From Octopus sinensis (Eukaryota): DNA of 64,000 nt. The notes beneath the pieces are model-generated. The model worked only from the letters and a program-made list of their open reading frames with translations. It had not been told where the DNA came from and did no database searches. Shown here piece after piece: positions 1 through 12,900 of this stretch (within the stretch, counting starts at the first letter, position 1; every line of letters starts with the position of its first letter). The stretch covers positions 17,484,001 to 17,548,000 of the forward strand of contig NC_043017.1 of assembly GCF_006345805.1 (NCBI RefSeq), written 5' to 3'. The position numbers and the translations under genes are program-made.

Positions 1-834
1 GGAGCTTTTTGTACTTGTCATTCGTGTGAACAGTGAACCATTTATTGTCTTGTTAGAAATCTATTTTCAATGGCAATGTCTTTTATCTTTTACTTGTTTC
101 AGTCATTAGACCGTGGCCATGATGGGGCACCGCCTTCAAGAATTTTTAGTCAAATGAAACGACTCCAGCACTTACATTTTTGCAAGCCTGGTACTTATTC
201 TATCAGTCTCTTTTGCTAAACTGGTAAGTTATAGAGATGTAATCAAACCAATACTGGTTGTCAAACCATTCACAAATAAATCTGCCCACCTTGTTTTGTA
301 TGTAGATGACATCCCAGAGTTTCATAATCTACGTAATGAATACAAAATAGCTTCCGTCTGTTTCAACAAAAATATTTTCCAGTGATGTTCATACATTCAC
401 AGAAGTTTGTATGCCACAGGAGGCAAAGAATCTTGACACCTGAACAAATATCTTTGTTTCAAAAACAGGAAAAAAATAAATAAATACCTTCCAAACAAAA
501 TCCTTCATTGAAGAAAGGAAATGTTTATTTGTCAACAAAAGTCTTTTCAAGAAACATTTACCAATGTTGGTGCCACATAAAAAGCACCCATGTTGATCCT
601 ACATAAAAAGCACCCAGTTTTTTATGTAAAGTAATTGGCATTAGGAAGGACATCCAACCAGAGAAACCAAGCCAAATCAGACTGGAACTTAGTGCAGCTC
701 CAAATCCTGTCAAACCACCCAACCAATACCAGCATGGAAAACAGACGTTAAATGATATTGATTAGTAATCTTGTCTCCCCAGTATATTTATCAAGATTTG
801 CACACTTCACTAGATATAGAATCAACTGACTTAC

Positions 835-917
835 TTCTTGTTTATGGAATGGAACTCTCCCCGAACTGCCTGTGGATGGCAACATGCCTGGCGCAATTTC
901 ATTAATGGATGCAAAAG
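835..917 (-). CDS. SHPRH: SHPRH coding exon 14 ([27 protein letters not shown])
   Basis: gttgccag acceptor, AA|gtaagt donor; LRQACCHPQ motif. It is in a different frame from the 748..1083 ORF-track entry. Confidence 0.92.
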
Positions 918-3900
918 CTGGCAACATAAAGAAGAGATTAGAAATTAGGATAACACTTAAGTTCAGCTGAACAACTGCTCCAGCCTGAGGGTGGAGGTAG
1001 AGAAAGTGATTGCAGCCTAATTGTAAAAAAGCTATTGTAGACAGACAAGCAGGATCCAACGGGAATGAAAATAAAATTATCAAAAAATTATGAAAATTAT
1101 AATATTATAAACAAAACTAAAAATTTATACACTTTTAACACATATTAAACATGATAAACATAATTAAAGTGAGTTTTTTAAAAAAATTGTTCAATGTCAC
1201 TGATAGTTAATTCTGAGACACCCTGTATATACACACACATACATACACACACTCTTATATAAACTGTACTTGATGACATATAAGATGCACTTTTCTTGAA
1301 AAAAATATCTCAAAAAAGTCACCCCAGGTCCTATATGGCCTGAAGTTGGGTCCCCCATAAGTGTTAATGCATTATTACCTGAATATGCACTGGTGAAATT
1401 AGGGTGTGTCTGATACCCCTGTGCATGTTTTATGCCATCAAATAAGGTATGATTGTGTGTGTATACATATATACATACCTGTCTTCTACAGCAGAATTGA
1501 TACTGGTGCTTGTGTCACGTAAAAAGCATCCAGTACATTCTGTGGAATGGTTAGTGTTAGGAAGGGCATCCAGCCATAGAAACTATGCCAAAACAGACAA
1601 TGGAGCTTGGTAAACCCACTCACCCACCTTATTAGCTCCAAGCAAACCATCCAACCCATGCGAATATAGAAAACAGACACTAAATGATGATACATACTCA
1701 CACACACACACACACACACACACACATGCACACACACACACTAGGTGCAGCATATATATCAACCCGTTATTTTATTATAAACTAAGAAGTTTTAAGTTTT
1801 GACTAATGAAAGTTTACAGGTTGATTATTATGTTTATTTCAAAATATTTTAAATATATTTACAATTCAAAATGTCCACCCTTTGCTTTCACCATAGCCCT
1901 TAATCTTTTCTCAACTGCTTTATCACATCGCAGTTCTTTATACCAGCCATTTTCAATACTACAATTTGTTTGAGCCACCATATTTAATTGAGGTTAAAAA
2001 CAAAAAAAGGAAAGACTGTCAGGAAGTGTTATACAACCTTAGCAACTATTTCTACAAATAATAATGTTTTAATTTATGTTTGAATAATGGGTAAAAGTAT
2101 ATGCAACACCTGGTATCATCATCATTGGTACATACATACATACGTACGTACATATGTATGTATGTATCTATCTATCTATCTATCAATCTATGTACGTATG
2201 TACGCTTATACAACCTTGTTTGCACTCTCCTTTTTCAGAAAGAAACAACATTTGAAGGTCTAAGGTGAATTATACCATAGAGGAATGTTCAATTACTCAT
2301 TTATACTCACACGGCTAAGTATTTTTCTATCAATACTGTTCAACTTCACAGAATAATTCTTCCATTTGGACAATTGCTGGTGAAAAGAGAAAAAAGGTAA
2401 TGAGAGAAAGAGAAAAAAGGAGGAAGAGAGAGAGAGATGGAGAGAGAGAAATGAATATTACTCTTCAAACATGTTGTTAAATCAATAGAAAGCAAGCAAT
2501 AAAAATAAAGTCAATCCAAGTAAATCCTATTTAATTCTAGTGACCTAGTGTTTAAGATATAAAGAAACCCAGTTCAAATCCAACCAACGGACACACCCAA
2601 GAATGAGATACCTGATAACAGTTGGAAATCAGTGACATAACTAATTATAAAGCTTTTCTAATCTTGATTTCCGATATGTGATTTTAATGAAACAGGAGTA
2701 AAACAATATATTCAGACGTAACTTCCAACAACCAGCATGTGAGACTCCAACACCTTCCTCTTGTCTCAGTATTCTTCCTCCTCCCCATCCTCCTCCACCT
2801 TTCTTACTCCTCCCCATCTCCCCTCCTTATCCTCCTTTCCTCCCCCACCTCAACTTTGCTTTTCGTTCTTTCAGTATCCATATATAAAATACCAATCCAG
2901 GGTCAGTAGATTGGAGGAATTATTAGAATGATGGATAAGAGACCTTGCAGAATCTGTTCTGACACTTTATATCGTGGGTTCAAATTCCATTTCCTAATCA
3001 CCTACTTCCTTGTAGAGTGAAATCAGTTCTTTGGGATCCCCACCAAATGAAGAAAGGACTCCATTTTCTGCCGGAGGAAGATATTTGGAGCAACGCCTCA
3101 GTCGCTTCAATAACAGCAAGCACCAAAATGACCAAGTTATACACTAAAGACAAAAGGTCTTCACATTTCTAAAATGTTCAACAGAAGAAGTATTAGAAAA
3201 AGTATTGGCATGGACAACAGAGATGAAAAGAAAATAAATTTGATGGTGATGCTCTAGCATGGTCACACTTCAATAAATGAAACTAGTAAAAGAATATATA
3301 CATAGGTGCAGGCATGCATGTGCAGTAAGAAGATTGCTTCCCAACCATATGGTTCCAATTTCACTCCTACTGCATGGCACCTTGGGCAAATGTCTTCTAC
3401 TATAGCTTTGGGCTAACCAAAGCCTTATTAGTGGATTTGGTAGATGGAAACTGAAAGAAACCCATCTTGTATATATGTATGTGTGTGTGTATTTTTGTGT
3501 CTACAGTTGTCCTCCACCATTGCTTGACGACCAGTGTTAGTGTATTTACATCCCCATAACTTAGCAGTTTGACACAAAGAGACTGATGGAATAAGTACCA
3601 AGAATAACAAAAGAAAATTAGTCCTGGGGTCGATTAGTTCAACTAAAATTCTTCAAGGCAATGCCCAGCAGGACCACAGTCTAATGGCTGGAACAAGATA
3701 AAAGACATGCACACACACACACACACAGATAGATAAAATATAGGTGTGGAAACTGAGATTTTACCTGCATAGCATCCCTTACACACTCTCCATACTGTCG
3801 GCGATAAAAATGTTCTTCCACGGGGGAAAATGACAACCAATGCATTATTTCAGTCTGAGTAGGAATATTTATCTACAGAATAAAGAAAACAAACAAAATC

Positions 3901-6900
3901 TGTGAGACATTCTGAAGTAGATAGGTAACAAAGTTCTCATCACAATTAAAAAGACATCACAACCTCACATATCTGCTCACTCATCCATGAATGATCATGA
4001 TGTGTGGTATATTTGATAGTGGTGGGGAAAGGCGGCAAGCTGGCAGAAACGTTAGCACGCCAGGCGAAATGCTTAGCGGTATTTCGTCTGTCGTTACGTT
4101 CTGAGTTCAAATTCCGCCGAGGTCGACTTTGCCTTTCATCCTTTCAGCACAATAAATAAAGTACCAGTTACATACTGGGGTCGATGCAATCGACTTAATC
4201 CCTTTGTCTGTCCTTGTTTGTCCCCTCTGTGTTTAGCCCCTTGTGGGCAGTAAAGAAATATATTTGATAGTGGTGGGAGTAGTCCGTATTCTGAGAGAGA
4301 GTGTGTGTGTGTGTGTGTGTAACAAGAACACCTCATCCACTGCTCTTCATCATGTTAAAACTTTCCACAATCTCATCAAATCCTAAAATTGGGATTTGAT
4401 GAGAAGCAATGTCATGAAAAAAAATATAATGATAATAATAACAACAATAATAATAATAAATGAATAATAACTAATAATAGTAAAAATACTTCCACAACAC
4501 TTAATATCTAGGTGCCAAGTTTTATAATTCATGGAAAGAGATCATGAGAAACCCTGTGAGACCTTTGACAACAGGTTGCTGTCTGCTCTCACATAATTAA
4601 CCAGAACAAGTAAGACAGAGAGCTCTGAGAAATAAAATAAAATAACATAAACAACAACAAAATAAATGAATAAATAAACCAAAGAGCAATCCCTTACTTC
4701 ATTAATAACACTTTTCTTTGCCGTCCGCCACAAAACACTTGCCACAGTTTCATACAACGGTTGCTTATTCTCATGTAAATATGGAATATAAAGCAGCTTG
4801 CACCACCACTGTTGGACCCAGTAAGGATCAAGACCAAGAAACAGCAAAAGTCCATGTAAATCTAGAAACGAGAGAAATTATACATCACACTAATCATCGC
4901 ATCATTTTGAAATTCAAGAAAAGACAACGGTTTGGAATTTTGATTTTTTTTTTTTTTTTTTTTTTTTTTTGACAAAGATTGCTGTTGTTGTTGAGCAAAC
5001 GGTCTTCGTCCCAGAGCTCGCAAGATGGGAGAAGTCTGAAATGTGGTCCTTTGCTATTTGTAAGACCTGCAGAAGAGAAAGCAGGTCAATGCCAATGCCC
5101 CCGACACCGAGTGCATCGACGGATGGATGAATGCGCATCCAGGCTCAGCGGTTGCGTAGGAAGTCGGGGACAAGAAACAGGAAGAAAGAGTGAGAGAAAG
5201 TCAGGGCGAAAGAGTACAACAGGGGTCGCCACCACCCCTTGCCAGAGCTTCGTGGAGCTTTAGATGTTTTCGCTCAATAAACACACACAACGCCCGGTCT
5301 GGGAATCGAAACCGCGATCCTCCAACCGCGAGTCCGCTGCCCTAACCACTGGGCCATTACGCCTCCACTGCCGTTACTGCTTAATCTTGAGTCATTCAAG
5401 ACTGAGTCAACTTATTTTTTTAATTTTTTGCTGCTTTCACTGATTCTCATCACTCTCTGTTGCCAACAAAATCCATTATTATGAATTTGAATTGAATTTT
5501 TCATTAGCTGATTACATAACCATGGCCACCACCCCTATGGATGCTTTGCAGTTTCTTTCTTGACAAAGCTTAGTGATCCTGATCATTGATCTTCTGGGAT
5601 TCTTCCTACTCAGCATCAATATAAGAAGCACAGTTGGCTCAGATGAGCTCTTCTGCTACCCCTTCACAATCCACCATGCTGCAGTCCCATGACTTCGTTG
5701 TATCCCTGGGAGGGTGGCTGCATGGGTGCTGTGCTTTGCCAAAGGATAGCTCATATCTATGCAAGGCACAGTTGTCATTCCCTCCATGAGGCATTTTTGA
5801 AATACCCACATACCCAAGAGTCAACTTATGATTAATGTTTTTCCTGCTGTGACTATCCTTATCACTATCGTCATCATTATCATTTAACGTCTGTTTTCCT
5901 TGCTGGCATGGGTTGGACTGTTTGACTGAAAACTGGGAAGCTGGGGAGCTGCACCAGATTTCAGTCTGATTTGGCATGGTTTCTGCAGCTGAATGCCCTT
6001 TCTAATGCCATCCACTCCAAAAGTGTAGTGGGTGCATTTTAGGTGCCACTGGCATGGGTGCCATTTATGTAAAGCTGGCATCAGCCACAACTATGATCTC
6101 ACTTGACTTGATAGGTCTTCTCAAGCACTGTATATTACCGAAAGTCTCAGTCACTTGTCACCCCCACCCTGCTTCACAACTGGTGTGGGTGTGTTTACAT
6201 CCCTGTGACTTAGCAGTTCAGCAAAAGAGACCGATACAATAATTACCAGATTTTAAAAAAACTAAGTATTGGGGTCAATTCATTCAATTAAAAGACCTTA
6301 GAGGCAGTACCCCAGCATGGCCACAGTCTAATGACTGAAACAAATAAAAGATAAAAGACATACATTTTTAAAGAAACGTTTCCAACTTACCATCAATATT
6401 TTTCTGTACTGGTGTTCCAGTCACACACCATTTATTGATAGCAGTGAGCCGAGAAGCCATTTCAGCTGTCTTAGAAGAAAACAAACAAAAGATAATGTGT
6501 GAAAATTAAAATGACACAAAAAGACATATTTTAGGCCTTTAGCATTTAAACTGGCCACATCATCATCATCATCGTTTAGCGTCCGTTTTCCATGCTAGCA
6601 TGGGTTGGACGGTTCTACTGGGGTCTGTGAAGCCAGAAGGCTTCATCAGGCCCAATCAAATCTGGCAGTGTTTCTACGTCTGGATGCCCTTCCTAACACC
6701 AACCACTCCGTGAGTGTAGTGGGTGCTTTTTATGTGCCACCCGCACAGGTGCCAGACAGAGCTGGCAAACGGCCACGAACGGATGGTGCTTTTTATGTGC
6801 CACCGGCACGAGGGCCAGGCGAGGCTGGCAACGGACACGAACGGATGGTGCTTTTTACGTGCCACTGGCACGATTTTACGTGTCACCGGCACTAAAATAT

Positions 6901-9900
6901 TCTGCCTGCTTTGTGTTCAAATCGGCCAAATCTGGCCCCTTGCACCTATCCTACAATGTCATCAGAAGTTTGAAGCTACAAGATTATGCTTGATTAATTC
7001 AAAACAATGTGAATAAATAAGTATTACATTTAACAGAATAATCCGAAAACAAAAGGGTTAAAATAATACTAGCATTAACGAAGATGAATAGTTGGGGAAG
7101 TTATTTACAAATGGTTAAATGGCTAAAAAGTTCACTTTGTAATCATGTGGTTTCAGATTCAATCCAACAGCACAGCACTTCTAGTAGAAGTGGTGCCTTC
7201 TACTAGAGTTCCAGGTCAACCAATGCTTTGTGAATGGACTTGACAGAGGGAAATGAACTGTACTGGGTCCCTATTCCAATCACACAAGAATCGATACATC
7301 TCTATATATATAAACAGCAAAATGTCTGTCTGTGTGTGCATGTATCCTTTATACAAATCCACAATTTTTCAGTTAGAGGGCCCGCACTTTCTTTGGTCAT
7401 TCAAACCCGTCCAAGGGTAGCCATGCACATCTTTACATTTCCCCAGTCACCCCGCAAAGCCATTAAAAAAATCAATAGAAGTGACTTTTTTGTGAATTTT
7501 CTATCCAAATCCCAATAAAAATACCCGAAACTTGATACGCCAATGGAATGCCAGCTAGCTGTATGTGATTGGTCACTGATTTGGACAGTACTCACGTGTA
7601 TGTGCGTACGCATGCAGCTGTATATGCATGCACTAGCACTATGACCCAGCAACACCGGGTCATAGTGCTAGTAAATCATAAAACAATAAAAGAGAAATTC
7701 AAGGTAAGTTAAGTGGAAGAAACTTACTTTAGTTGTGGTACATTCAACCATCTGAGCTTCATCTAAACAAACCTGCAATGAAGAAAGATTTGCACTGTAA
7801 ACTTATCCTGTCTCTTTATTTTGTGTTTTACTTTGTGTTTTGTTTTTTGCCATGTGTGTGTGTGTGTGTGTGAGCGTGCACATAAGTATGTTTTTGCGTG
7901 TATGTATGCAAGTATATGTATGTATGCATGTATATTTACAATACTTGCTTGGTAGTTTGGGGTTAAACAGAAAGTGGAAAGTAATCCTCTTCAGATCTCC
8001 ATGTTTAAATCCAGCTGGGAGATTAAGAATACAAATAAAATATAGGTGTAGGTGTGGCTGTGTGGTAAAAAGCTTACTTCCCAACCACATGGTTCCAGCT
8101 TCAGTCCCACTGCATGGCACCTTAGGCAAGTGTCTTTAACTATAGCTTTGGCCAACCAAAGCCTTGAAAGTGGATTTGGTTGATGGAAACTGAAAGTAGC
8201 CTGTTATATATATATGTATATATCTATGTGTGTGTCTTTGTGTTAGTCTCCCACCACTACTTGATAACCAGTGTTGGTGTGTTTACATCCCCATACCTTA
8301 GCAGTTCAGTATTAGCAAACAATAGAATAAGTACTAGACTTGAAAAAAATAAGTCCTGGGGTCAATTTGTTCAACTAAAACCCTTCAAGGCAGTGTCCCA
8401 GCATAGCTGCAGCCAAATGCCTGAAACAAGTAAAAGATAGAAGATAAAAGATACAAGATCACTATTTATCTCTGATGAATACATCATCATCATCATTGTT
8501 TAACGTTCGCTTTCCATGCTAGCATGGGTTGGACGGTTCAACTGGGGTCTGGGAAGCCAGAAGGCTGCACCAGGCCCAGTCTGATCGGGCAGTGTTTCTA
8601 TACTGGATGCCCTTCCTAACGCCAATCACTCCGTGAGTGTAGTGGGTGCTTTTTACGTGCCAGACAAGGCTGGCAAACGGCCATGATCGGATGGTGCTTT
8701 TTATGTGCCACTGGCACGGAGGCCAGACGAGGCTGGCAATGGCCACAATCGGATGGTGCTTTTTACGTGCCACCGGCACGGTGGCCAGTCAGGGCGGCAC
8801 TGGCTACGGCCACATTCAGATAGTTCTCTTACGTGCCACCAGCACTGGTATCACAGCTACAAATTCCATTGATGTTGATCGATTATGAAAAACAGAGCCC
8901 CCCCCACACACACACACACACAAATATATAGACATTCTAACAACTACTTCTCACCCTGTGTCAAAGGACAACTCAAAAACAGCTTAGCTAATCCTGTCTA
9001 CTCAGTAGCAAAAAAAACATACACAACTTACCCGCCACCATCTGACAGCAACCATCGGACTGGGAATAGTCATATACCGCTTAGGTTTACGAAATTTCTT
9101 TCCTGTTGAAGCTGCAAAGAACCATCAAACACAAAAATAAAATGACAAATCTCATAATAGTAGTATTTTAACGAAACATGTTAATGCAGCATTCAGATTA
9201 TTCTGTCAAATTTATTCAAAATGTTTTGAATTAATCATGCCAAAACAGTTACAAAAGTCTGGTGCAGGTTTGTGCCTGTCCAGCTCTTTTCAAACCATCC
9301 CACCCATGCCAGCATGGAAGGCATTAAACAATGATGATGAACGATGATGAGTACTTGAAGAGGTGACATAAATAAAAACAAAAGGAAGCTTACATATCAT
9401 GTGAGGTAGATCTACATAGTTTAGTTCTTTACATAAAGTTTCATATGTGGTGACTACAATATCATAGGAGGCCAGTTTATAAGGGGATATATAACGTTGT
9501 CGCCCAACTCCTTCGTATACCTGCAAAGGAAGACAGAATAAAATATAAACCTAGGATAGGTACATAAAAACAAAGAAGGATACCTCACAAATACTTTTTG
9601 GTGTGGAAAGGAGAGACGGTTACAGGTGTTTCTTTCAACATTCTCACAATTCTGCTAATCTGTTGCCCTTGAAATATAATAATAATATTTTCTACTGAAG
9701 GCACTAGGCCTAGAAATTTTAGGGGGGGAGGACTAGTCAATTACATCGACCCCAGTGTTTCACTGGTACTTAATTTATCAATCCTGAAAGGATGATAGGC
9801 AAAGTTGACCTTGGCAGAATTTGAATTCAAAACATCAGGTTGGATGAAATACTGCTAAGCATTTCACCCAGTACACTAATGATTCTGTCAGCTCATCGTC

Positions 9901-12900
9901 TTGGTTTCAAACATTGGCACAAGGCCAGCAACCTCAGGGGAGAGGGTAAATTGATTACATTGAAACCTAATATTCAACTGGTACTCACCTTATCAACCCT
10001 TAAAGGATGAAAAGCGAAGTCAATCTCAGCAGAATTTGAACTCAGAACATCAAGACAGACAAAATGTTCCTAACCACTTTGCTAGGTGTGCCAGCTTGCT
10101 GCCATAATAATAATAATAATAACAATCCTTTCTGCTATAGGCACAAGGCCTGAAATTTGGGGGTAGAGGGGTAGCTGATCATGTATGGAAAAATGGAGAC
10201 CACCTCCCCTTGTGGGATGATGTTAAAATAATAGACAAAGAACACCATGGGAAAATATGAAAACTAAAAGAAGCAGCATATATGCTAGGACACAACAACC
10301 TCCTAAGTAGACTGAGTGCATATATGAACAGCATATGGGAACCGGTATTAAGGAAGGATAGGAGAATATTAGATTTATAAGCCCTAAAATTCACTCCATA
10401 ACTGCCCACGGGCATATGGCGTAGTGGTTAAGAGTGCAGGCTACTAACCCCAAGCTTCCAAGTTTGATTCCAGGTAGTGACCTAAATAATAATAATATTA
10501 ATAATAACAACATCGAAAAATACCTTAGGAATGAGAACCCAGGTTCGAGATTTCCCCAAGACACCTGATGAAGGCTGGAGGGTATAACAACAAACAAGAT
10601 GAGGACAAATATCCATCAATTGTAAATAATGTAAATAATGTACATAATTCCTTATCTCTTAAATATAGAACTAAACAACAACAATAATAATGATAATAAT
10701 AATAATAATAATAATATAGAAACATACAAAAACTTTGAAAGTGTTCTCTTTGACATGTTTCTTGATTTCTTCCAGCCACTGATACCTGATAGACAGTGGG
10801 GCAACAATAAGAGTAGCACCAGAAGGAACTGGCTCCTGAAAGAAACAGAAAGACAATAAAATTAGTGATAGTGTTCAGAAAAACAGAAGTGGAAGGGTGT
10901 GGGGGTGACATCACTGTAACAACAGACAAACGAGAACATGAATCAGTGATTGGAGATGGTTAGTGGGGGGGTGCTTTATTTATCAATGGAATAACTTTTT
11001 TAAGAGACATAACCCAGGATGTGTATATAAGTATTACAACAGCAGCACTGTCTTATATGTGCAGGTATGAGTTTTACACTAGTACTGTCTTCTGCGTGTG
11101 TGTGTGTGTTTGTCCCCCACTACCGCCTGACAACTGGTGTTGGTGAGTTTACATCCCTGTAACTTAGCAGTTTAATAAGAGACTGATAGAATAAGTACCA
11201 GGCTTAACAAACAAAAAAATTAAATACTGGGGTTGATTCATTCAACTAGAAATTCTTCAAGGCAGTGCCCAAGCTTGGCCTCAACCCAATGAAAAAAATA
11301 TATAAATATGTCATTCAATAAAATATGAAAATCTCACTTACTGAAGCTACTTGACAATGTGGACAGAGAAAAGGTCGGTCATTGATGTATTCTTCATAAT
11401 CAATACATTCTCCGTGTAACCATATTTTGCACATAACACACTGGATCTCATATTCAAAATCGGTTGAATAAGACTTTCCACAAATGCACTGGAATGTTCG
11501 ATTCAGTTCTCTTCCATCAGTATCTGATTCCTTTAACATTAAACAATAGAGATTAATTTCACAGAATCATAATTAGTGAAAATCATCATTTAAAATTTTG
11601 TTCTCCATGCTGGCATAAGTTGGATAGTTCAACAGGAATTGGTGAGGCAGACGACTGTAGCAAATTCCAATGTCTGCTTTGGCAGGGTTTCTACAACTGA
11701 AAGCCTTTTCTAATGTCAATCACTTTACAGAGTGTACTGAGTGGGTTTTTTACATGGCACCAGCACCACTGAGGTCACCAACCGTGAGGTGGCTTTTAAA
11801 AATTCATATCAGAACTATTTAAAAATCTGCTACATAATTTATAAAATATTAAAATATTAATCAATAAGGAAACATTGCTATGAATTCAATGAACTCGCAT
11901 TATATTACTGGTACCTATGTTTTTTAAAACCCTAGGATGAAGACTAAATTGGCTTTGACAGGATTTGAACACAGAATGTAAAGTGTGCATATATACAAAT
12001 CCATGTCTCTGCACATGTATGTATGGAAGTGCATATGCATACATGTATAGATGTATGCTTGCATGTCCACTCAGGACACCCTTAACAGAACAGACCTATA
12101 ATGAGAGATGGCTATATTGCCAATACTACACCAACCAAGGTATCCCACTCTTTTATAAGACAGTAAAATATGATTGAAAGAGTGTGGAATTGGTTGCTAT
12201 TTCTAGTAAATCCAAACAATGAAATAAAGGCTATTTTCAATAGTATGTGAAATATTGTACTTTTAAACAAACAGCGTACAAAGGGCAGTAGTCAAAATAA
12301 GTATTACCTGAACATTATTCTGTTTAACTTCATAGTAATCAGGAAAAGGTGTGAGTAGTTCATTTGGACATGGATGAAGAAGTAAACACGAGAGAACCTC
12401 CACTGTTTTACCTAAACCCATTTCATCAGCCAGAATTCCACCAGAAGGAGCGATACTGGTAACTGGTCTCTTCTCAACCAATCTAAAATAAGACATCATC
12501 ATCATCATCATTTTAATGTTGACTTTTCCATGCCAGCATTGGTCAAACAACTAGATGAGACTTCGTTAAGGCAGAAACATTTATGGTCAGATACCCTTCC
12601 TGATGCCAGCCCTTACCTATTTTCAAACAAGGTGATAACCCTTCACTCTATCAGACAGCAAACAGCTTAAACATGCTTTTGTAGCAGACTGTAAACAAAT
12701 GACATTGCTTCTATGATGATGATTTGGTCTACAATCAGTAAACACATGTGAAGATAAGGAGACCATATACTCAGTTATGCACACACAAACATACATTCCC
12801 ACATATATACACATGTGTGTGTGTGTATGCATGTACAAGTGTGTACACACATACTAGGATTCCACAGTTTCCTTTCACAAATCACCAATCGACCAAACAG

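Noticed and set aside
748-1083. 111-aa minus-strand ORF
   Set aside because: The real SHPRH exon (835-917) is in another frame; the rest is intron
2930-3001. Possible SHPRH exon ([12 protein letters not shown]...)
   Set aside because: SINE-like sequence, poor donor, no similarity to SHPRH; the exon at 2311-2376 fills the gap in phase
5290-5368. tRNA gene candidates (also at 10411, 54372 and other SINE heads)
   Set aside because: A and B boxes are present, but there is no complete cloverleaf or acceptor stem and they continue into repeat bodies; these are SINE heads
6700-6892. Regularly spaced repeats with variable spacers resembling a CRISPR array
   Set aside because: Eukaryotic context, only 3-4 units, spacers are related to each other, and the block recurs inside a dispersed SINE family
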